Below are positions 1-8,494 of a DNA stretch of 64,000 nucleotides, in pieces. Origin of the DNA: an uncultured archaeon (GTDB lineage: Archaea > Aenigmatarchaeota > Aenigmatarchaeia > PWEA01 > JAGHBM01); NCBI GenBank assembly GCA_964584335.1, contig CAZOZN010000004.1, forward strand, positions 37,248 to 101,247, read 5' to 3'. Numbering within the stretch: the first letter of the stretch is position 1; each line of letters opens with the position of its first letter. The position numbers were made by a program, and so were the translations under genes. The notes below the pieces were generated by a model, which saw only the letters and a program-made list of their open reading frames with translations, did not search any database and was not told the origin of the DNA.

Positions 1-540
1 CACACTCTTGATGACGACCTTACGGCATTTGAAAACATGGTATATCACGCAGTTTTGTATAAGATACCTAAGAAACAAAGAGAGAAAAAAATAAATGATA
101 TGTTGAATTATGTGGATCTTTTTGATAGAAAAGATGACTTGGTAAAGACCTTCTCGGGCGGAATGAAAAGAAGATTAGAGATAGCCAGAGGACTTTTACA
201 TTCACCTGAAATTTTGTTTCTTGATGAGCCTACATTGGGATTGGATGTTCAGACTAGGAATTTTCTTTGGGAATATGTTGAAAAAATGAACAAGGAAAAC
301 AACCTAACGGTGTTTTTTACAACTCATAACATGGAAGAGGCTGAAAAAGTAGCGACCAGAATTGCAATAATTGACAGGGGTGAAATACTTTCTAACGGCA
401 CTTCTGGTGAGATTAAAAGAAGTACTAAAACAAAGTCTCTTGAGAAAGCTTTTTTGAGCTTGACTGGTTATAACATAAGAAAACAATCCGCCGGAAACTT
501 GGATAGGATGAGGAATGTAAGGAGGATGAGGCATGCTTGA
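1..540 (+). CDS. ABC transporter ATP-binding subunit (DrrA/NodI-like), 5' truncated by window edge
   Basis: FSGGMKRRLEIA signature, Walker B LFLDEP and H-loop TTH. The frame is open from position 1 and Walker A is not in the window. Confidence 0.9.
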   Translation, partial: HTLDDDLTAFENMVYHAVLYKIPKKQREKKINDMLNYVDLFDRKDDLVKTFSGGMKRRLEIARGLLHSPEILFLDEPTLGLDVQTRNFLWEYVEKMNKENNLTVFFTTHNMEEAEKVATRIAIIDRGEILSNGTSGEIKRSTKTKSLEKAFLSLTGYNIRKQSAGNLDRMRNVRRMRHA

Positions 541-1282
541 AGAAATTTACGTTATGTGGAGAAGACAAGTCAAACAGTTCCTGCGTTCAAAACCCAGATT
601 AATAGGTTCCATAGCTCAGCCCATATTATTCTTAGTTGCAATGGGTCTTGGCTTCGGACCTGTCTTTGAGCAGGCAGGCGCGGGCAATTACATTCAGTTC
701 TTGGCCCCCGGAATAGTTACAATGACGATACTTTTTGGTTCTCTTTTTAACGGAATATCATTGATTTGGGACAAGAATTTCGGTTTTCTCAAGGAAACAT
801 TAGTTGCACCGGTCTCAAGGACAAATATACTCATAGGAAGATGTGTTGGAGGAGCCACTGCGGCTCTCTTTCAAGCAGCTGTTGTATTATTGATAAGCTA
901 CTCAATAGGGTTTAGAATAATTAATTTTTATCTGCTCCCGTTTTTCATTATATTTGCCTTCATGGTAGCTCTTGTTTTCAACCTTTTCGGTACTATAATT
1001 GCTTCAAAACTTGATGATATGCAGGCTTTCCCTCTTGTTATGAACTTTGTTGTAATGCCTCTTTTCTTTTTGTCAGGAGCTTTGTTTCCTATTGAGAACT
1101 TCCCTGAACCTGTTCTTACACTTGCCAAATTGAATCCCCTTTCGTATGGAGTTGATGGAATAAGATATTTGTTGATTGGCCAGAACAGCTTTTCACCAGT
1201 TATAGATTTTTCTGTTATTTTTGTTTCCATAGTAGTGTTGCTTGCTTTGGGTAACTACTTCTTCAAGAAAATAGAACCATAA
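533..1282 (+). CDS. ABC-2 type transporter permease
   Basis: About 6 hydrophobic segments, with YIQFLAPG, FLSGALFP and NPLSYGVDGIR motifs. Overlaps the ATPase stop codon. Confidence 0.9.
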   Translation: MLEEIYVMWRRQVKQFLRSKPRLIGSIAQPILFLVAMGLGFGPVFEQAGAGNYIQFLAPGIVTMTILFGSLFNGISLIWDKNFGFLKETLVAPVSRTNILIGRCVGGATAALFQAAVVLLISYSIGFRIINFYLLPFFIIFAFMVALVFNLFGTIIASKLDDMQAFPLVMNFVVMPLFFLSGALFPIENFPEPVLTLAKLNPLSYGVDGIRYLLIGQNSFSPVIDFSVIFVSIVVLLALGNYFFKKIEP

Positions 1283-2074
1283 CTATTCAGGTACACAGCA
1301 TATATTTGGCGATATAAACCCTACCACATTACCGGCATTGGTTTCGTTTTCTCTGCATGTTTCACCGCCTACTATGTTCACGTTTCTTCCCCCTAAAGTT
1401 TCACATTCTTGTGGAGACAATGCATTATCTTCCTCTTCACATACACCAATTGTCCAGTATTCCGATTCATCGGCACAAGCCTGACAACCGTTTCCATAAG
1501 TCTTTGATTCCCCTTCCTTGAAGCCACACACAGGTGCGTATTCCAAGGTACATATTTCAGCATTTTTTTCTTCTTCAGTACATACATGCATGTTAACACT
1601 CTTTTCTGAAATTGTCCAGTTATTCAAATATAATGTGATTATGTCTCCGTCTACACCTTTTTCTATTTTTACAGAGAAACATCCCGGACAGCGAGCTGTT
1701 AAAACTTCTAGTATTGTAGTACCGTAACTTCTTCCTGTATAGTCAACTGCTATTTTTGCGGCTTTTTTCTGGCTTGAATCAAGCTCCCATTCTCTTAAGC
1801 AAGCTCCAATACTTTCATTCCAGGAATATCCTGCCGTACCAAGACAGCCGTGTTCGTCCCTTTCTCCTCCAATATTTTGGTTATTTTCTATTACCTGTGT
1901 GAAAGTTTTACCATCCGGTATTCTACACTGCGCAGGATAGCTTTCCATTACAGGGTAACCTGCTGCAACACATTCCTCGAAGCTGTTTATTTCTTCTGCT
2001 TCAACACAGCCCGAAGTAAAAACAATAAAAACTATCAGTAAGCTAAATCCGATGTAGGCAAAAATACTTTTCAT
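1283..2074 (-). CDS. Secreted or lipid-anchored Cys-rich mosaic protein with a Kazal-like module
   Basis: Signal peptide ending in SGC. Contains CTLEYAPVCG...TYGNGCQAC (Kazal-like) and several short disulfide modules. Confidence 0.7.
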   Translation of the reverse strand: MKSIFAYIGFSLLIVFIVFTSGCVEAEEINSFEECVAAGYPVMESYPAQCRIPDGKTFTQVIENNQNIGGERDEHGCLGTAGYSWNESIGACLREWELDSSQKKAAKIAVDYTGRSYGTTILEVLTARCPGCFSVKIEKGVDGDIITLYLNNWTISEKSVNMHVCTEEEKNAEICTLEYAPVCGFKEGESKTYGNGCQACADESEYWTIGVCEEEDNALSPQECETLGGRNVNIVGGETCRENETNAGNVVGFISPNICCVPE

Positions 2075-2169
2075 GTAACCACCCGAGTAAATATTGATTG
2101 TTTATAATAAAATGATATCTATTTTATTCGGTTTTTTCCTAATTCAATTATTTGAGAAATATCTGATTT

Positions 2170-2841
2170 TTATTTCCATAACCAGCCAAAGAGCCCTTTG
2201 TTGTTTTTTTCTTCTTGTGCCAGTTCTCTTAGCCTGTTTTGTTCTTGTTCCATATTTTGTATCTGCTCCTGCATCAAGGACTTTACTTCCTCGCTGCAAT
2301 TGCATTCTTCTCTCAATCTTTCCAGTTTTTGTAGCCTTTGCTGGTTTCTGCTTACTTGGCCTTGGATTTGGTCAGCAGCTTCTTCGTCCCCACCAGAGAT
2401 AAGTTTTGAGAACCATCCCCTGTTTTTTATTTTTTCTTCTGCGTTTAAGGTAGTTTTAACAGAGTTGTTAAATTCTCTTGCTATCTGTGAGATGTTCCTG
2501 CCTATTCCTCCTGTGAAATTTTCCATTGCAAGAAGAGAATGAACCGCAAGCCTTACCCTGTTCTGGTTTTGACGTATACTTCTAACTCTTTCACCCAATC
2601 CTTCTGTTTCCTGGTTCATTTCTGTCCTCCTGTTTCTTATCATTTCTCTTATTCTCTCTACTCTCTGGACAGCTATTTGATTCCTTGGACCTGATTGGTT
2701 GTTTTCAAAATCAGAATCATTAAATCGGTCTATTATTTTGTTTTGTTTTTGTCCCGATGAGATGTTGTTTCCCATGTTTGCTGCAAGAACGACTGAGCTG
2801 AACATTATCAACGAAAACATTATTGCTATTATTTTTTTCAT
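2170..2841 (-). CDS. Secreted coiled-coil hypothetical protein
   Basis: Signal peptide MKKIIAIMFSL..., a Q/E/R-rich helical body and an upstream SD-like AGGAG. Confidence 0.75.
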   Translation of the reverse strand: MKKIIAIMFSLIMFSSVVLAANMGNNISSGQKQNKIIDRFNDSDFENNQSGPRNQIAVQRVERIREMIRNRRTEMNQETEGLGERVRSIRQNQNRVRLAVHSLLAMENFTGGIGRNISQIAREFNNSVKTTLNAEEKIKNRGWFSKLISGGDEEAADQIQGQVSRNQQRLQKLERLREECNCSEEVKSLMQEQIQNMEQEQNRLRELAQEEKNNKGLFGWLWK

Positions 2842-2951
2842 AAAAAACTCCTTTATAATTTTAAAAATATTATTATAAAAAGTTAGTGGACCGAGTTTAA
2901 CTGTTTTAATTCAGAAAATTACCCCGTCCTGGCGATTCTGCGCAAAATTTA

Positions 2952-3128
2952 CTACCATTTTTTCTTTTTCTGGTAACAATCTTTGCAGAAAACAGGCTTG
3001 CCTTGAGTTGGTTTGAAAGGAACTTCACATTCTTTTCCACATTCTGAACAGACTGCCTTATGCATTTTACGCGGACCAAATTTATTATTAAATCTTCCAC
3101 GGCTTTTACCTTGGTTAAAGTCTCCCAT
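2952..3128 (-). CDS. CxxC-x17-CxxC domain small zinc-binding protein (58 aa; not in ORF track)
   Basis: Translates MGDFNQGKSRGRFNNKFGPRKMHKAVCSECGKECEVPFKPTQGKPVFCKDCYQKKKKW, with a GGAGGT SD upstream. Confidence 0.9.
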   Translation of the reverse strand: MGDFNQGKSRGRFNNKFGPRKMHKAVCSECGKECEVPFKPTQGKPVFCKDCYQKKKKW

Positions 3129-3264
3129 TATATAACCTCCTTTTAAATAACACTAAGAGAAAAAGAAAAAAATCTTTGACTCGTTATGTATTTTTATTAT
3201 TTTTTGTAAAACATACTTATATAATAATTTGAATAATTAATCAAAAATAAATAGGTAATATTAT

Positions 3265-3381
3265 TCATTTAACTGTTTTTTTCCAACCGCACCTAAAACA
3301 TCTATAACCTATTTTCCCTGTTACTAGCGTGTAGTTGTTTTTGACCAGAAGGTCATTTCCACATTTTGGACAATTTTTCAT
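3265..3381 (-). CDS. Small CPxCG-type zinc-ribbon protein (38 aa; not in ORF track)
   Basis: Translates MKNCPKCGNDLLVKNNYTLVTGKIGYRCFRCGWKKTVK, with a strong SD GGAGGTGA upstream. Confidence 0.8.
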   Translation of the reverse strand: MKNCPKCGNDLLVKNNYTLVTGKIGYRCFRCGWKKTVK

Positions 3382-3520
3382 ATTATTCACCTCCAAGTTT
3401 AAAGAAAGATATTTTGTTCTTAATTTCAAATCAAGAAAAAAAATCGTTCCAAATTCCTTATATTAGTTATGTTTTTATCTTAATAAGCTTGATTATTTCT
3501 AAAATATTAGAATTAAGTGT

Positions 3521-3757
3521 TGGTGGACCGAGTGGGATTTTCAAGATTTTTCTTTTTTGCACAGAGCGCCTCAAATTTTTCTTTTGGGACGCGTAGATTT
3601 TCTTTTGTGAAAAGAAAATATCCGCTTTTGAACCCACGGCCTCCTGCTGTTTCGTTACGAAGTAGCGAAAATTTGAATCGCTATTCCATATTGCAAAGCA
3701 GGCGATCTAGAGCGGGTGATGTTAATCCACACCGACCATCCGCTGATCTATCGGCCC
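3521..3757 (-). tRNA. tRNA-Ala(UGC) with three introns (3709-3738, 3649-3691, 3538-3626) and encoded CCA
   Basis: Spliced sequence GGGCCGA-TA-GATC-AGCGGAA-GATC-G-CCTGC-TTTGCAA-GCAGG-AGGCC-GTGGG-TTCAAAT-CCCAC-TCGGTCC-A-CCA (75 nt). It has the G3:U70 Ala identity pair and BHB-type junctions. Confidence 0.93.
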
Positions 3758-3802
3758 AAACTTTGTATTAAATAATCAATAGAATTAATATAAATGTTTA
3801 AT

Positions 3803-4459
3803 TCATCCTTTTTTTATCCTTTTGTTTAATTTTTTGTAAGTATCATTGAAAAGATAAACATCTTCTATTTCATAATCATGCTTCCTAACTACCTTGAAAA
3901 CTTTTTTGTATGATTTTCTGCACGGAATTATTGATTTTGGTTTGAGTGTTATTTCATTTCCCAATATTTCTTCTATTTCAAATGAAGCCAGGCCTGCATA
4001 AACTTCTGCATCAATCTGGGGCTTTACACCCTTCAGTCCGTTTTTGTTCCATTTGAAGTAGGCAGATGGTCCTACCCAACCGTGGTATGCGCACATGTTT
4101 CTGTTGTTTTCCCTGTCAATTCTGCTGTTTGCAAGCTGTATCCCGAAAACATTTTTTCTCAGCGAATCCTTTGATACCATACCTGGAATTTTGCGGGAAC
4201 CGCTCCTTTTTATTATTTTTCCTTCTTCGTCCGTGTCCCCGAAGTACTTGTCCATGTCATTGAGGTAAACCCCGTCCGGTTCTGTCATTTCTATTAGGAC
4301 GTCATCAGAAGTAAACAAACCTGCCTGAAACTTGGTGTTTTTTTGCTTTCTCTTACCTACATTCATGTATGATATGCTGGCTTCATATATCTCTTCTATA
4401 TCAGGTTCTCCGTTTTTTATTTGATTAAATATAAAATCCGAATACTCGCTCGATTTCAT
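3803..4459 (-). CDS. Hypothetical protein (218 aa)
   Basis: Long ATG-initiated ORF with genome-like composition. No family recognised. Confidence 0.7.
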   Translation of the reverse strand: MKSSEYSDFIFNQIKNGEPDIEEIYEASISYMNVGKRKQKNTKFQAGLFTSDDVLIEMTEPDGVYLNDMDKYFGDTDEEGKIIKRSGSRKIPGMVSKDSLRKNVFGIQLANSRIDRENNRNMCAYHGWVGPSAYFKWNKNGLKGVKPQIDAEVYAGLASFEIEEILGNEITLKPKSIIPCRKSYKKVFKVVRKHDYEIEDVYLFNDTYKKLNKRIKKG

Positions 4460-4718
4460 AACTAAGTCTTTGAGGCAAAAACATTTATCCTTAAAACAAA
4501 AATTAAAGAATATTTCGTCAAAAAGTACCGTAAAAAGTGACAGAAACCTTTAAATACATGTTATATCCATATAATATTGCTTTATTAGGTGTCTATTATG
4601 AAATAAAACAGGGCTTGCACGGACTTTTTACAGTCTTTTCTGCCCTGAAGATTTTTCGTGCAGACACCTTTATATGCGGTTTTCTATTTATAGGGGATAG
4701 GAAACTAAAGGTCAAATA

Positions 4719-4790
4719 AAAGGCAATGATTAAGTGAACACCATTTGAGCGCGTGGCGCTATGATATCAAGACGATCACTTGAGGCTTTT
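4719..4790 (+). ncRNA. C/D box methylation guide RNA immediately upstream of the 23S processing stem
   Basis: C ATGATTA 4726-32. Guide AGTGAACACC 4733-42 is complementary to 23S 7527-36. D' TTGA 4745-48, GCGC hairpin, C' ATGATAT 4761-67. Guide AAGACGATCA 4769-78 is complementary to 23S 6904-13. D TTGA 4780-83, followed by a terminal stem. Confidence 0.85.
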
Positions 4791-4797
4791 AATCATG

Positions 4798-4821
4798 AGA
4801 CCATCATAAGTCTAGAATACT
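4798..4821 (+). repeat. 5' arm of the pre-23S processing stem
   Basis: AGACCATCATAAGTCTAGAATACT is the perfect reverse complement of 7907-7930. Further pairing with a BHB-like interruption continues inward. Confidence 0.9.
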
Positions 4822-5729
4822 CAGGCCTGACCAGCTGGATATTTAAGAGCACTGCTTATAAACCGGCTAGGGAATAGCTAGGCTTTGGGAAGGAAGAAGG
4901 TCGTGGCAAGCTGCGATATGCTTGGGCGAGGCGCATGCGGCCTTAGAACCCAAGATCACTGAATGTGACTTCATGTATTCTTAGGAATACACTCCTTTCG
5001 GAGACAAAACCCGCTGAATTGAAGCATCTTAGTAGGCGGAGGAAGAGAAAGCAAACGCGATACCGTTAGTAAAGGCGATCGAAAGCGGTACAGAGCAAAC
5101 CGAATTCCTTATGGAAACATAAGGTATATGTGGCGTTTGGTATGGCTTCGTTTAAAGATTTGAAGTCCCTTGGAACAGGGCACCAAAGAGGGTGAAAGTC
5201 CCGTAAAAGAAATTAAAAAAGTCAATTCCAAGCAAGAGAGTACTGTCCCTTGGATATGGGGTAGGAATATGGGAGATATCGATTCCCAACTCTAAATATT
5301 ACCAAAGTCCGATAGCGCACTAGTATGGTGACAGAAAGTTGAAAAGAACCCTTAACAGGGATTTAAAAGAGCTTGAAACTAGTCGGTTACAGTCAGGTAC
5401 GGCTTGAAAGGAATGAAATCTTTCGAAGGAATATGCGGTGACGCATTAGTACGAGAGAGATTAACTAGAGTCGTACTGTTCGTTTTGAAGAACGAGACAG
5501 GGAGTTTATCTTTATGGCGAGGTTAAAGTAGTAATACTGTAGCCTTAGCGAAAGCGACAAGCCCGCAGCTTAGGCAAGGGGCGCCGTGCGAAAGTGCGGG
5601 AAGTCATGGGGATGAGACCCGAAACCTGACGATCTATGCCTGGATAGGGTGAAGTTGGGGGAAACCCCAATGGAGGCCCGTTACCGGAACTACTCCAACG
5701 TGTCCGGGTGATCCGGGTATAGGGGTGAA

Positions 5730-5773
5730 AGTTGAAAATCAAGATTTTCATATCGTCGGTTTTCAACCACCAA
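5730..5773 (+). other. 44-nt BHB-type intron in 23S rRNA (near E. coli 782)
   Basis: Interrupts TAGGGGTGAA|AAGCCAATCG. Central helix GGTG/CACC, AAA bulges and a 10-bp intron stem (5731-40/5758-67). Confidence 0.85.
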
Positions 5774-6047
5774 AAGCCAATCGAGTTAGGTGATAGCGGG
5801 TTCCTTCCGAAATGAATCTCAGTTCAGCCTGAATCGAGGTAGTTGACAGGGTAAAGCACTGATTGGGAAGTTAAGGGGAGAAATCCTCGGCTTCGCTGTC
5901 AAACTCATAATCTGTCATCGCCGTAGACATTCGGAGTGCGGGTGCATGGATTAAGTTCTGTACCCGAAAGGGGAACAACCCAGACTGGGGTTAAGGTCCC
6001 TAAATGTTAGCTAAGTCACAAAGGTTGTCTTCAACCATAAACAGCGG

Positions 6048-6081
<34 letters not shown>

Positions 6082-6477
6082 AAGCGTAATAGCTCACCCG
6101 TCGAGGTTGTGGGCGCTGAAAATGGACGGGAGTAAGCTAACTACCGATACCTCAGATTTAACAATCGTAGGAAGGCGTTCTGTGTGGGCAGAAGCAGGGT
6201 TGTGAGATCCTGTGGACCACATCGAAATGAATATCCTGTTATTAGTAGCAGCAAAGTTAAGTGAGATTCTTAATCACCGAAAGAGCAAGGGTTCCCCGGC
6301 CATGATTATCAACCGGGGGTAAGTCGGTCCTAAATTAAACGTTAAAATAGTTTGATGAAAGGGAAATAGGTTAATATTCCTATACCATCAAAGGTCACTA
6401 TCAATATCTGACGGTTCGGGATAGGTTAAGTGAGGTTGTCGCCTCATCGAGCCGGATAAGCTTCTGGAAATCCGTAA

Positions 6478-6519
6478 ATCCTGGAAATGGAATTTCTAAT
6501 TTCCGTTCTGGGAACGGAA
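6478..6519 (+). other. 42-nt BHB-type intron in 23S rRNA domain III
   Basis: Central helix CCGT/ACGG, bulges AAA and AAG, intron stem TCCTGGAA/TTCTGGGA. Removal restores the hairpin ATCC-GTAAG-GGAT. Confidence 0.8.
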
Positions 6520-7906
6520 GGGATAGAATGAAGTGAAACCGGAGAGCCTTCTTGTATAAGAAGTTTAACTGATTCCTGGATCCCATGAAAAGGATATTGA
6601 ACTATCCTTTGGTGTCCGTACCCAAATCCGACACAGGTGCTCTCGCTGAGAAGGCGAAGGTGTTGAAACAAACCAGCTTAGGGAATTCGGCAATTTGGTC
6701 CTGTATCTTTGGTATAAGGGATGCCTGTACTCTCTTTTTTGGGAAGTGCAGGTCTCAGTAACAAGGGGGGCCCGACTGTTTAACAAAAACATAACCGGCT
6801 GCTAGAGAGAAATCTTGCGTATAGCCGGCGAGGTCTGCCCAGTGTCGGTATGTCAAACCCCAATTCAATGGGGCTAAGCACCGATAAACGGCGGCGATAA
6901 CTCTGATCGTCTTAAGGTAGCGTAATCCCTTGTCGATTGAATGTCGACCTGCATGAAGGGCTTAACGAGGTCCCCGCTGTCCCAAGCTGGAGTTCAGCGA
7001 ACTTGCCATTCAGGGGAATGGGCCTGAGACTTCTAGTGGGAAGTAAAGTCCCCGTAGAGCTTTACTGTAACTTGATACTGTTTTATGGGTTCCATTGTAT
7101 AGCGTAAGTAGGAGATTTCGAAGCCAGGACGCAAGTTCTGGTGGAGTCACCAATGTAACACTACTCTTTGGAAAACGTAATGCTTACAAGGAAACTTGGA
7201 CAATATCAGGTGGACAGTTTGACTGGGGCGGTACGCCTTTGAAATGGTATCAAAGGTGCCCAAAGGTTAGCTCAGGAGGGTCAGAAATCCTCCTTAGAGT
7301 GTAAGGGTAAAAGCTAGCTTGACTGAATTCTGAATATCGAGGAATTCAGAGGCGAAAGCCGGGCCTAACGAAATCCTGTAGTTCATTGATAGGACTCAGG
7401 GATGTCAGAAAAGCTACCTCAGGGATAACCGGATCGTAGCGGCCGAAAGCCCCTATTGACGCCGCGTGTTGTTACATCGTTGTCGGCTCACCTTCTCCTG
7501 GCTGTGCAGCAGCAGCCAAGGGTAGAGGTGTTCACTCATCAAAAAGGTACGTTAGCTGGGTTCAGAACGTCGTGAGACAGTTTGGTCAATATCTACTAGA
7601 AGTGTTTGTTGTCTGAGAGGAAAGGAGGATCAGTACGAAAGGAACATCCGCCTGAGGCCTCTGGTGTATCGGTTGTCTGACAAGGCATTGCCGAGTAGCT
7701 ACGCCTTACGTTGATAAGAGCTGAAAGCATCTAAGCTCGAAGCAACTCTCAAAAATAGACAGCATAGGTTCCTGTAAAAGACAGGTTTGATAGGCTAGGG
7801 ATGTAAGCTAGAAGCTTCGGCGACTAGTTCAGTCCACTAGTACTAATCACCATTTTTGTGTTCTTGTGTATCCAGGTTTCAAGGCCCAAGACTTTGCGTC
7901 TTGTAA

Positions 7907-7930
7907 AGTATTCTAGACTTATGATGGTCT
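7907..7930 (+). repeat. 3' arm of the pre-23S processing stem
   Basis: 24-bp perfect inverted repeat of 4798-4821. Confidence 0.9.
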
Positions 7931-7980
7931 TTCCAAATTATTATAAATATTTACAAACAGACTTCAGTATAGGAGTTAAA

Positions 7981-8274
7981 ATGATTTTGTTTTTGTTAGG
8001 TTTAGTGGATATTATCGCAGGTATTATTATGGTTTATCCTGAAATATTTTCTTCTGTCTTATTTTATTTCGGTTTTATAGTTCTTTTAAAAGGAATTTTT
8101 TCTTTCGCTTCTTCTGCAATGAAAAATTATTGGCTCGATTGGATGGGTATTGTTGATATTATAACTGGAATGATTATTTTATTTAGTTTCTCTATACCTT
8201 ATTTCTATATCTTACCTATTTCAAAAGGATTTTATACTATACTTTTACATTACGGTACTAAGAGCTATATTTAA
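7981..8274 (+). CDS. Small membrane protein (97 aa)
   Basis: ATG after an AGGAG SD. Hydrophobic, with an internal repeat G(L/I)VDII(A/T)G. The upstream part of the track ORF overlaps the rRNA stem. Confidence 0.75.
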   Translation: MILFLLGLVDIIAGIIMVYPEIFSSVLFYFGFIVLLKGIFSFASSAMKNYWLDWMGIVDIITGMIILFSFSIPYFYILPISKGFYTILLHYGTKSYI

Positions 8275-8334
8275 TTAAATTGCTTATTTTAGACAAAAGA
8301 AAATGTTTTTAAGTTAGCACTTCTAATATAATTC

Positions 8335-8421
8335 ATGTCAAAGAAAAAAATAATAATAGGGGTCATAGTAATTGCTGTTTTAGCATATGCTGCCTATTCA
8401 ATGGGATATCTACCAATCTAA
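8335..8421 (+). CDS. Single-pass membrane microprotein (28 aa)
   Basis: MSKKKIIIGVIVIAVLAYAAYSMGYLPI. TATA-like TTTTTAAG about 25 nt upstream and a T-tract after the stop. Confidence 0.55.
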   Translation: MSKKKIIIGVIVIAVLAYAAYSMGYLPI

Positions 8422-8494
8422 TTTTTATTTTAATTAAAGATAGATTCTGTTCTTTTATTTTAAGCTTTATATGCTTTTTTATGTAATTTTATTT

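Noticed and set aside
2906-3100. 64-aa track ORF
   Set aside because: Wrong frame. The real gene is the CxxC-x17-CxxC ORF at 2952-3128.
4537-4719. 60-aa ORF and overlapping hairpins (CAGGGC/GCCCTG, TGCACG/CGTGCA) upstream of the rRNA unit
   Set aside because: No coding signature, no convincing C box and only an 8-nt rRNA match. Probably promoter region, left unresolved.
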